DNA from: an uncultured delta proteobacterium
Lineage (GTDB): Bacteria; Myxococcota; Myxococcia; Myxococcales; Myxococcaceae
DNA length: 64,000 nt
Assembly: GCA_963776345.1 (NCBI GenBank)
Contig: CAVZMH010000016.1
Location: forward strand, 608,001-672,000
Direction of reading: 5' to 3'
A program made the translations under genes and the position numbers. A model generated the notes under the pieces. That model had not been told where the DNA came from, made no database searches, and worked only from the letters and a program-made list of their open reading frames with translations. Shown here piece by piece: positions 40,157 to 48,298 of this stretch (its first letter is position 1; each line of letters opens with the position of its first letter).

Positions 40157-40944
40157 TCGTCCTCTTCCTGGGCGACGTGGTGGGCAAGCCCGGGGTGCTC
40201 GCCGTCCGCACCCTCCTGCCCCGGCTCATCGCCCGGCACGAGGTCGACCTGGTGGTCGCCAACGCCGAGAACTCCGAGGGCGGGGCCGGCATCTCCGCCG
40301 AGTCCGCCGAGGCGCTGCTCCGGGCTGAGGTCAACCTCCTCACCTCAGGGAACCACTTCTGGACCAAGCGCCAGATCCTCCCCTGGGTGGAGGCGCATCC
40401 GGAGCTCCTGCTCCGGCCGGCCAACTACCCGGAAGGGAGCCCCGGTCGGGGGCACACGGTCATCGCCACGCCCGACGGCCGGAAGCTGGGGGTGCTGAAC
40501 CTCGAGGGCCGGGTCTTCATGAAGAACCTCGACGACCCGTTCCGGCTGGGCGAGCGGCTGGTGGCGGAGCTCCGCCGGACCACCCCGTGCATCCTGGTGG
40601 ACATGCACTGCGAGGCGAGCAGCGAGAAGAACGCCATGGGCGCCTGGCTCGACGGCAAGGTCTCGGCCGTGGTCGGGACGCACACCCACGTGCAGACCGC
40701 CGACGAGCGCATCCTCCCCGGAGGCACGGCCTTCATCACCGACGTGGGGATGTGCGGCCCGCTCGACTCGGTGATCGGCATCAAGAAGGAGCTGAGCATC
40801 GAGCGCTTCCTGACCCAGCGTCCCATCCACTACGAGGTGGCCAAGAACCTGGTCTACCTCCAGGGCGTGGTGCTCGACCTCGACGACGCCACCGGACGGG
40901 CCCGGAGCATCGCCCGGGTGCGGGAGCATCTTCCCGGGACGTGA
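40153..40944 (+). CDS. YmdB/TIGR00282 metallophosphoesterase
   Basis: FLGDVVGKPG, NAEN, TSGNH, DMHCEASSEK, GTHTHVQTADE, TDVGMCG. Confidence 0.92.
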   Translation: MIVLFLGDVVGKPGVLAVRTLLPRLIARHEVDLVVANAENSEGGAGISAESAEALLRAEVNLLTSGNHFWTKRQILPWVEAHPELLLRPANYPEGSPGRGHTVIATPDGRKLGVLNLEGRVFMKNLDDPFRLGERLVAELRRTTPCILVDMHCEASSEKNAMGAWLDGKVSAVVGTHTHVQTADERILPGGTAFITDVGMCGPLDSVIGIKKELSIERFLTQRPIHYEVAKNLVYLQGVVLDLDDATGRARSIARVREHLPGT

Positions 40945-40975
40945 CCCTCCCCCGCCGGCCTGGTAGGTGGGGCCG

Positions 40976-42229
40976 ATGTCGCTCCTCCGTCGAGCCACCC
41001 CCGACGAGCAGTTCGCCGAGGTCACGCGCGCCACCGTCGACCTGCAGGTCGCGGACGAGCTCCGCTCGAAGCTCCGTCGCTCCTACGAGCGCGAGCAGCC
41101 GCTGGTGGTCAAGGCCGGCTTCGACCCGAACCGGCCCGATCTCCACCTCGGACACACGCTGCTCCTCACCCGGATGCGGCGGTTCCAGGACTTCGGGCAC
41201 GAGGTGATCTTCCTCATCGGCGACTTCACCGCGATGATCGGGGACCCCTCGGGCAAGAACGTCACCCGTCCGGCGCTCAGCCGCGAGGAGGTCCTGGCGA
41301 ACGCCGAGACGTACAAGGTCCAGGTCTTCAAGGTGCTGGACCCGGGGCGGACCCGGATCCGCTTCAACTCCGAGTGGCTCGACGCGCTGGGCACCGAGGG
41401 GACGGTCCGGCTCGCGGCGCACTGGCCGCTGGCCCGGATGCTCGAGCGCGACGACTTCAAGACCCGCTTCCGCGAGGGCCGGAGCATCTCGATGCACGAG
41501 CTGCTCTACCCGCTGTTCCAGGGCTACGACTCGGTGGCGCTGAAGGCGGACGTGGAGCTCGGCAGCACCGACCAGCTCTTCAATCTGTTGGTCGGGCGAA
41601 CGTTGATGCGCGAGTACGGCCTGGAGCCACAGGTCATCCTCACCGGGCCGATCCTCGAGGGCCTCGACGCGCGGATGGAGAACGGCCGCATCGTCGGGGA
41701 GAAGATGTCCAAGTCGCTCGACAACTACGTGGGGGTCGCCGAGCCACCCTCCGAGATGTTCGGGAAGCTGATGAGCATCTCGGACGATCTCATGTGGCGC
41801 TACGCCGAGCTGCTCTCGGGGAGGCCGCTGGAGGCGCTCCGCTCGGAGCAGGCGAGGGTGGCATCCGGGGAGCTCCATCCCAAGGAGGTGAAGGTCGCGT
41901 TCGCCCGGGAGATGGTGGCCCGGTTCCACGGCGCGGAGGACGCCGCGCGTGCAGCCGAGGACTTCGAGCGGCGCTTCTCGCGCCGCGAGGTGGACCCCGA
42001 GAAGTTCCCCGAGGTGGTGGTGGGGACGGGGGGCGTCGCCGTCCCGCTGGTCCGCGCCCTGCTGGATGCGCAGCTGGTCGCCTCCACGTCCGAGGGTCGC
42101 CGCCTGATCACCCAGGGCGCGGTGAAGGTGGACGGCGAGCGCGTGTCCGACCCGAAGGTCGAGCTCGTCCCGGGAACCCACCTGGTCCAGGTCGGAAAGC
42201 TGCGGGCCGCCAGGCTGACGGTGCGCTGA
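40976..42229 (+). CDS. tyrS: Tyrosyl-tRNA synthetase
   Basis: GFDP...DLHLGH, YPLFQGYDS, KMSKS, C-terminal S4 domain. Confidence 0.96.
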   Translation: MSLLRRATPDEQFAEVTRATVDLQVADELRSKLRRSYEREQPLVVKAGFDPNRPDLHLGHTLLLTRMRRFQDFGHEVIFLIGDFTAMIGDPSGKNVTRPALSREEVLANAETYKVQVFKVLDPGRTRIRFNSEWLDALGTEGTVRLAAHWPLARMLERDDFKTRFREGRSISMHELLYPLFQGYDSVALKADVELGSTDQLFNLLVGRTLMREYGLEPQVILTGPILEGLDARMENGRIVGEKMSKSLDNYVGVAEPPSEMFGKLMSISDDLMWRYAELLSGRPLEALRSEQARVASGELHPKEVKVAFAREMVARFHGAEDAARAAEDFERRFSRREVDPEKFPEVVVGTGGVAVPLVRALLDAQLVASTSEGRRLITQGAVKVDGERVSDPKVELVPGTHLVQVGKLRAARLTVR

Positions 42230-42327
42230 CTCGCTGTGCCATGACTCGGCCGGGCGGCATGCGTCTGACTGTCATCGACGTCCCGGGGCATCCATCCCTT
42301 GACCGCGCCGCTGCCTGCTCGGCTGCC

Positions 42328-42356
42328 TTGCGAGCGAGGAGACCCGGGCCTAGCCT
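42328..42356 (+). promoter_or_regulatory. Putative sigma70 promoter, probably giving a leaderless mRNA
   Basis: TTGCGA-N17-TAGCCT, 7 nt before GTG 42364. Confidence 0.5.
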
Positions 42357-42363
42357 CACCCGC

Positions 42364-43059
42364 GTGAAGAATTCGCTGCCGACGCCCGGGGCGCTGCTGC
42401 TCGCGCTGTCCGCCCTGCTCGGGGCCTGCGCCCACGACACCTACCAGCCGGCGCCCGCCCGGGTGGAGGCACCCGCGGGGCAGGTCGCGTTCGAGGACTG
42501 CGAGCTCGCCGGGGGGGGCAGCGTCCCGTCTGACTTCCCCAAAGGCTCGCTCGCCGCACCGAGTCCCGGCGAGCACAAGCTCGCCTGCGGGCTGTCCGCC
42601 CAGCTCGCCGCGCTCGGCGAGCCGTCGCTCTTTCCGCCTCCCCAGACCGCCGAGGTGTACCGCGTGCTGTGGCTCCGCTTCGATGGCCACCCGGTCAGCG
42701 TGCGCTTCGAGCGGCAGGGGGCCACGGGTCAGGTCCGTGGCGCCCAGACCTCCGGGAAGGGCCTCGCCGCTCCCGGCGACCTCCTCGAGGAGGCGAGCAG
42801 CGCCCTCTCGCCAGAGGCGGCCCGTGACCTGCTCACCCGCGTGGAGGCCGCTCGGTTCTGGGCACCCTCCTCCCCTCCACCGGCCGAGGTCCAGGTGGCC
42901 GAGCGCGGCTCGACCTGGGTCTTCGAGGGGGTCCGCGGGGGGCAGTACCGGGTCCGGGTCTTCCAGCGCGAGGCGCTGGCCCGGGACGCGGCGTACAGCG
43001 CGCTCGCCCGGGCCCTGGTCGGCGGCTCCGGGCTGCACATCCAGGGCGCGGTCTACTGA
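42364..43059 (+). CDS. Hypothetical lipoprotein
   Basis: Lipobox LGAC; LGEPSL...YRVLWLRFDGHPVSVR...GSTWVFEG. Confidence 0.7.
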   Translation: MKNSLPTPGALLLALSALLGACAHDTYQPAPARVEAPAGQVAFEDCELAGGGSVPSDFPKGSLAAPSPGEHKLACGLSAQLAALGEPSLFPPPQTAEVYRVLWLRFDGHPVSVRFERQGATGQVRGAQTSGKGLAAPGDLLEEASSALSPEAARDLLTRVEAARFWAPSSPPPAEVQVAERGSTWVFEGVRGGQYRVRVFQREALARDAAYSALARALVGGSGLHIQGAVY

Positions 43060-43081
43060 CCAAGGGCGGCAAGGCCCCCGA

Positions 43082-43690
43082 TCAGGGCGCCATGGCCCGG
43101 AGCCCGAGGCCGACCAGGTACACCTCGACGCTCGCCGAGCGCGTGGCCTCGGGCCGGACCACCTTCACCTCCCGGTACGCCTCGCGGAGCCGGGAGCGGA
43201 AGGACTCGAAGTCCCCGCCCATGAAGAGCTTCGCCACGAGGCTCGAGTCCGGCTTGCCGAGCGCCCGGGCCAGCTCCAGCGCACGCTCGGCCAGCCGGAG
43301 GGAGCGGGCCTCGTCGGTCCCGCGGACCCCCGTGGTCTTCGGGGCCATGTCCGAGAGCACCGCGTCGAAGGGGCCCGGGGCCAGCGCCTCCACTTGCGCC
43401 TGCGCGTCGTCGGCCAGCACGTCCACCACCCCGGTCCGCACCCAGCGCTCGGTGAACGGCCGGAGCGGCACCAGGTCCACCCCGACCGCGAGGCCCGACG
43501 GGCCCACCGCCCGCGCGACGACCTGCAGGAAGCCGCCGGGGGCGGCCCCGAGGTCGAGCACCCGCGCGCCCGGCCGGAGCAACCCGAAGCGCTGCACCAG
43601 CTCCTCGAGCTTGAACGCGCTGCGCGCGCGGAATCCCCGCTGCTTGGCGCGCTGGAAGTAGTGGTCCTTCGGCCGGTACGGCTTGCCCAT
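43082..43690 (-). CDS. rlmE: 23S rRNA Um2552 methyltransferase RlmE/FtsJ
   Basis: RARSAFKL, VLDLGAAPGG, VLSDMAPKTTG, AKLFMG, RSASVEVYL. Confidence 0.93.
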   Translation of the reverse strand: MGKPYRPKDHYFQRAKQRGFRARSAFKLEELVQRFGLLRPGARVLDLGAAPGGFLQVVARAVGPSGLAVGVDLVPLRPFTERWVRTGVVDVLADDAQAQVEALAPGPFDAVLSDMAPKTTGVRGTDEARSLRLAERALELARALGKPDSSLVAKLFMGGDFESFRSRLREAYREVKVVRPEATRSASVEVYLVGLGLRAMAP

Positions 43691-43730
43691 GCGTCGGACC
43701 CTCTCCATACCATCCGCCGGAGAGGTCTCG

Positions 43731-44102
43731 ATGCGGACGCGCGGCATGCTCCTGGCGTGGGTGTGGACGGCGCTCTGGCTCTCGGCGGCGGCGCTGTCCA
43801 CGGCGCGGATGCAGCCGCTCCGGCGAGAGTCCGAGGCGCTGCGGGTCCGCTCGGGCGCCCACGCCGACGCCTTCGCCAGCTCGTTCGACGGGCAGTTCGC
43901 GGACCGGCAGCTCGACACCTTCCAGCAGCGCCGCGAGGTGGTGTCGCGGGTCCAGTCGTGGCAGCGGCTGCAGCTCCTCGGCGCGCTCGGAACGCTCGGG
44001 GGTCTGTTCGCGGTCTGGCTCCTCTGGATGCTGGGGCGGCTCCAGGCCGACCTCGCGCTGGGCGAGGCACGCCCGGAGCGCGGCGGTTCACCCGCGGGCT
44101 GA
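43731..44102 (+). CDS. Hypothetical two-TM membrane protein
   Basis: GGAGAGG RBS; two hydrophobic segments. Confidence 0.55.
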   Translation: MRTRGMLLAWVWTALWLSAAALSTARMQPLRRESEALRVRSGAHADAFASSFDGQFADRQLDTFQQRREVVSRVQSWQRLQLLGALGTLGGLFAVWLLWMLGRLQADLALGEARPERGGSPAG

Positions 44103-44180
44103 GCCGGGCCAGACGGCGCTCGCCTCGGCCCGCGAGGTGCCGCCCCGGGGGGCCGCGCGGATGCGGTAAGATCCGGAGCG

Positions 44181-44465
44181 ATGTCCGGGTGCGCCTGGTG
44201 CGGCAGCCATCTCGAGGTGGTGGGCAACGCGGTGGGGCGGCGGGACACCTGCCCTCACTGCGAGCACGACCTCCACGCCTGCCGCCAGTGCCGTCACTTC
44301 GACCCGGCCGTCGCCAAGGCCTGCAAGGAGCCCTTCGCCGAGGTGCCGTCGGACAAGGACCAGGCGAACTTCTGCGAGTTCTTCCAGCTCGGTGAGGGCG
44401 GTCACACCGACGAGGACCCGCTCCGGGCCGCCCGCGAGGCAGCGGACGCGCTGTTCAGGCGCTAG
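44181..44465 (+). CDS. Small Cys-rich (double Zn-ribbon-like) protein
   Basis: CAWC, CPHC, CRQC plus two further Cys (AC, NFCEFF). Confidence 0.7.
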   Translation: MSGCAWCGSHLEVVGNAVGRRDTCPHCEHDLHACRQCRHFDPAVAKACKEPFAEVPSDKDQANFCEFFQLGEGGHTDEDPLRAAREAADALFRR

Positions 44466-44486
44466 GGGCGCTCCGGCCGCCGCGGG

Positions 44487-45638
44487 CTACAGGCCCTCGA
44501 GCTTGACGATGATCTCCTTCATGATCTCGCTCGTCCCGCCCCCGATGGTGATCAGCCGGACATCGCGCCACGCCCGGGCCACCGGCGTCTCGTCGACGTA
44601 GCCCATCCCGCCGTAGATCTGCTGGCAGTCGTAGGCCACCCGCTGGGCGAGGTCCCCGGCGAAGAGCTTGGCCATGCTGATCTCCTTCACCGGATCGAGC
44701 CCGGCGTCGAAGAGCGTGGTGGCGTGGTAGGTGAGCCGCTTGGCCGCCTCGACCGAGGCCAGGTGCTCGGCGAACTTGTGCCGCCAGACCTGGAAGCCGA
44801 TCAGCGGCCTCCCGAAGGCCTGACGCTCGCGGGCGTAGCGGATGGCGTCCTCCAGCATCCGCTCCATCCCGGACACGGCGATGACGGCCGCCACCAGCCG
44901 CTCGCCCTGGAAGTTCATCATGATGTGGGCGAAGCCGCCGTTCTCCTCCCCGAGGAGGTAGCGGGCCGGGATGCGGCAGTCCTCGAAGTACAGCACCGCG
45001 GTGTCGCTGGAGAGGTTGCCCACCTTGTCCAGCTTCTTGCTCACGCTGAAGCCGCGGACGTCGGTGGGGAAGGTGACCAGCGAGATGCCTTCGTACCCCG
45101 GGCCACCGGTCCGGACCGCGAGGGTGATGAAGTCCGCGCGGGTCCCGTTGGTGATCCACATCTTGCTGCCGTTGATGACGTACTCGTCGCCGACGCGGCG
45201 GGCGGTGGTCCGGATGCTCGCCACGTCCGAGCCGCACCCGGGCTCGCTGACGCCCAGCGCGCCGATGCGGTCCCCGGCCAGCGCCGGGACGAGGAACTCG
45301 CGCTTCTGCTCGTCGGTCCCGAGCGCGCCGATGACCGGCGTGGCGATCTGCGCCTGCACCAGCAGCGCCATGTTCACCCCGGCGTTCCCGCTCCGGGCGA
45401 GCTCCTCGGTGAAGGCGATGACGAACCAGTAGTCCCCGCCCGAGCCGCCCCACTTCGGGTCCTGGTTGGCGCCGAGGAACCCCAGCTCGCCGGCGCGCTT
45501 GAAGACCTCGCGCGGGAAGATGCCGGCGCGGTCCCACTCCAGCGCGTGCGGCGTCAGCTCCTTCTCCACCCACGCCCGGACGCTCCTCCGGAACGCCTCG
45601 TGCTCCTCGGTGAACGGACTCTCGCTCTTCGACACCAC
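44487..45638 (-). CDS. Acyl-CoA dehydrogenase (long/branched-chain type)
   Basis: [46 protein letters not shown]. Confidence 0.93.
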   Translation of the reverse strand: MVSKSESPFTEEHEAFRRSVRAWVEKELTPHALEWDRAGIFPREVFKRAGELGFLGANQDPKWGGSGGDYWFVIAFTEELARSGNAGVNMALLVQAQIATPVIGALGTDEQKREFLVPALAGDRIGALGVSEPGCGSDVASIRTTARRVGDEYVINGSKMWITNGTRADFITLAVRTGGPGYEGISLVTFPTDVRGFSVSKKLDKVGNLSSDTAVLYFEDCRIPARYLLGEENGGFAHIMMNFQGERLVAAVIAVSGMERMLEDAIRYARERQAFGRPLIGFQVWRHKFAEHLASVEAAKRLTYHATTLFDAGLDPVKEISMAKLFAGDLAQRVAYDCQQIYGGMGYVDETPVARAWRDVRLITIGGGTSEIMKEIIVKLEGL

Positions 45639-45650
45639 GACCTCCCCGGA

Positions 45651-45666
45651 TTGATTCTTGAGTCAA
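45651..45666. promoter_or_regulatory. Palindromic operator candidate TTGATTCTTGAGTCAA
   Basis: AT-rich near-palindrome 13-28 nt upstream of the ACAD start; matches the 47241-47256 site. Confidence 0.6.
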
Positions 45667-45738
45667 TGACAGCGGGGCGACGCGCGCAAGACCCATCGTC
45701 CGGCCAGGCGGCCCCGGAGGGGCGACAACCGCCCGGAA

Positions 45739-46830
45739 TCAGGAGACCAGCGCGTCGATCTCCGCGGGAGCGAGCCCCGCCTCGGCCAGCACCTCCCGGG
45801 TGTGCTCGCCCAGCGCCGGCGCCGGTGCGGTGGCGGGCGGGCCGAGACGCAGCGGACTGGCCAGCACGCCCGGTCGTGGGAAGAGCCCACAGTCCAGGAG
45901 GTGCGCGTCCCTGGTGACCTCGTCGGGCAGGAGCACCGGCTCCACGCAGGCGTCGAGCCCGGCCAGGCGCTCCCTCCACGTCTCGAGCGGCGCCCCGGCG
46001 AAGGTGCGCACCAGAGCGTCACGCACCCGCTCCGCCTCCTCCCCGCCGCCGTACGCCGCCGCCGTGAGGTCCCCGAGCCCCAGCCGCTCGCACAGCGCGG
46101 CGAAGAACTTCGGCTCCAGCGCGGCCACCGCCAGCCAGCGCCCGTCCGCCGTGCGGTACAGCCCGTAGGAGGGCAGACCTCCATCGAGCGCGCCCTGCCC
46201 CGCCGGCGGCACGGGGACACCGAGCACCGCCGGCCCGAGGTGCAGCGCCGCGAACGAGGTCGCCGACTCCACCAGGGACACGTCCACCAGCCGCCCCCGC
46301 CCGGTGGAGGTCCGCTCGAGCAGCGCGGCCAGGATGCCGCTCACCGCGACCCAGGCGCCGCCCACGTCCGCCACCTGCGGCCCGGGGAGGGCCGGCGACC
46401 CGTCGCGGCCTCCCATGGCCAGGAGCCCCGCCCGCGCCTGGTAGCCGAGGTCGTGCCCGGCGCGGAGCCGGTCCGGCCCGGTCTGCCCGAACCCCGAGAG
46501 CGCGCACACCACCAGCCGCGGGAACGATTCCAGGAGCGCCGCGTGCCCGAGCCCGAGCCGGTCCAGCACTCCCGGCCGGAACCCCTCGACCAGCACGTCG
46601 CACCGGGCGAGCACCCGCCGCACCGCCTCCACCGCGCCGGGGCGCTTGAGGTCGAGCACCACCGAGCGCTTGCCCCGGTTCAGCGCGGCGAACAGCTCGC
46701 CCGCGCCGCCGGGCGGCATCAGCCGGGTGGCATCGCCCTCCGGCGGCTCGAGCTTCACGACCTCGGCGCCGAGGTCCGCGAGCACCAGCGTGGCATACGG
46801 CCCCGGCGCGAGCCGCGTCAGGTCCAGCAC
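45739..46830 (-). CDS. CaiB/BaiF family III CoA-transferase (alpha-methylacyl-CoA racemase-like)
   Basis: VLDLTRLAPGPY, NRGKRS, EGFRPGVLDRLGLG, GHDLGY, ADVGG; true start probably upstream. Confidence 0.88.
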   Translation of the reverse strand: MLDLTRLAPGPYATLVLADLGAEVVKLEPPEGDATRLMPPGGAGELFAALNRGKRSVVLDLKRPGAVEAVRRVLARCDVLVEGFRPGVLDRLGLGHAALLESFPRLVVCALSGFGQTGPDRLRAGHDLGYQARAGLLAMGGRDGSPALPGPQVADVGGAWVAVSGILAALLERTSTGRGRLVDVSLVESATSFAALHLGPAVLGVPVPPAGQGALDGGLPSYGLYRTADGRWLAVAALEPKFFAALCERLGLGDLTAAAYGGGEEAERVRDALVRTFAGAPLETWRERLAGLDACVEPVLLPDEVTRDAHLLDCGLFPRPGVLASPLRLGPPATAPAPALGEHTREVLAEAGLAPAEIDALVS

Positions 46831-46883
46831 GCGGACGCCCGAGAGCGGCGGGCGCGACGCACCCCCCAGGTCGGCGGAGCGGC

Positions 46884-47216
46884 TCAGGTCAGCAGCTTCC
46901 CGAGCTTCATCGCCAGGCCCATGTCCATGGGCTTGAACTTCAGCTTGCCCTGCATCGCCGCCATCTGCGCGTTGAGCTGCTTGTTGCGGATCTTCACGAA
47001 GTCCTGGTCGCTCACCGTCACCGTCATCTTCGGCGTGCCGTCGGCGCCGTTGCTCACCCAGCCGGACGCCTTGGTGGTGTCCAGCGTCCAGGTGCCGCCC
47101 TGGTCACCGGTGATCACGAAGTGGACGATCGCGTTCATCTCCTTGGCCAGCTCGGGCTTGGCCGTCAGCAGCTCGGGGATGTGCTGCTCCAGGATGCTCT
47201 TCGGGGTGTCGGACAT
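46884..47216 (-). CDS. SCP2 sterol/lipid carrier domain protein
   Basis: FVITGDQGGTWTLD, AAMQGKLK...DMGLAMKL; GAGGAGG RBS. Confidence 0.88.
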   Translation of the reverse strand: MSDTPKSILEQHIPELLTAKPELAKEMNAIVHFVITGDQGGTWTLDTTKASGWVSNGADGTPKMTVTVSDQDFVKIRNKQLNAQMAAMQGKLKFKPMDMGLAMKLGKLLT

Positions 47217-47240
47217 CTGCCACCTCCTCGGGGGCTCGCG

Positions 47241-47298
47241 CTGATTCGCGAATCAACAGGCGCGCCGGACGGTACCGACGGGCCACGCGACGCGTCAA
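47241..47298 (-). promoter_or_regulatory. SCP2 promoter with downstream palindromic operator
   Basis: TTGACG-N18-TACCGT on minus; perfect palindrome TGATTCGCGAATCA at 47242-47255. Confidence 0.6.
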
Positions 47299-47693
47299 GG
47301 CGTCTCGGCAGGGACCGCCCGGCGGACGGCCGCGAGCAGCTCGGACAGCTCGAAGGGCTTGGCCAGCCATCCCAGCGCGCCGATCTCCTTCGCCTTCACG
47401 GAGACGTTGCGGTCGGCGCTCAGGACGATGATCGACGGGCGGGCGCCGGGCCTCAGGCTCCGGGCGAACTCCCAGCCGTCCATCACCGGCATCATGAGGT
47501 CCAGGAGCACCAGGTCGGGCAGGCCCTGCTCGAGGCGCTGCAGGGCCTCTCTCCCGTTGCGCGCCCGCTGCACGGCATAACCCTCCACCTCGAGGATCTC
47601 GCTCAGGGCGTCGAGAATGTCCGGGTCGTCGTCGACGACGAGCACCCGTCGCGCCGCGCTCCGCTCCCGAGATGCCGAGGGTTCTCCGACCAT
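47295..47693 (-). CDS. Stand-alone response regulator receiver
   Basis: VVDDDPD, LLDLMMPVMDG, LSA, AKPF. Confidence 0.88.
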   Translation of the reverse strand: MVGEPSASRERSAARRVLVVDDDPDILDALSEILEVEGYAVQRARNGREALQRLEQGLPDLVLLDLMMPVMDGWEFARSLRPGARPSIIVLSADRNVSVKAKEIGALGWLAKPFELSELLAAVRRAVPAETP

Positions 47694-47958
47694 CGCTCCG
47701 TTCCGCTGCCGGTTCTCGAGCGATTGTGCACCGGGCCGTCGGGGAAGCTCGAACAAAGTCCAGGGTGAGCGCGACCTGTCGTTGGCCCGTGGACGTCTGG
47801 CAAGCCCATGGCGGCCGGGCCGATGAGCGGGCGGCCTGCGCCCAGGGACCGGAGGCGCCTCCCCGGGGAGCACCGGCCCTCCCCCGCGCAGGGTCAGGCG
47901 CTTGCGGACGGGGGGGGATGGTGTCTACCTTCTTTCAGTCCCACGACAAGGTTGGTCT

Positions 47959-48204
47959 ATGTTCGGTCTCAAGATGGGTGAGCTGCTCATCATCTTCCTG
48001 GTCATTCTGGTGCTCTTCGGAGGCACCAAGCTGCCCCAGCTCGGCTCGTCACTCGGGCAGGCCATCCGGAACTTCAAGAAGGGATTCGGCGGGGACGCCG
48101 ACGCCCAGGGCGACGCCAACCGCCAGGACGCGCTCGGCACAGGCGGTCCCGACGCGAACAAGACCAGCACCCGCGCCCCGGCCTCCGCCAGCAAGGACGC
48201 CTGA
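47959..48204 (+). CDS. tatA: Twin-arginine translocase subunit TatA
   Basis: MFGLKMGELLIIFLVILVLFGGTKLPQLGSSLGQAIRNFKKG. Confidence 0.93.
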   Translation: MFGLKMGELLIIFLVILVLFGGTKLPQLGSSLGQAIRNFKKGFGGDADAQGDANRQDALGTGGPDANKTSTRAPASASKDA

Positions 48205-48298
48205 GCCCCATCCGCTGCGCGCGGGCGACGCTGTTCTCCTCCCCCCGCGTCCGCCTCGCCCGTCCGGCTCCGGAGACCGCCGAGCCCCGCGGAGACCG

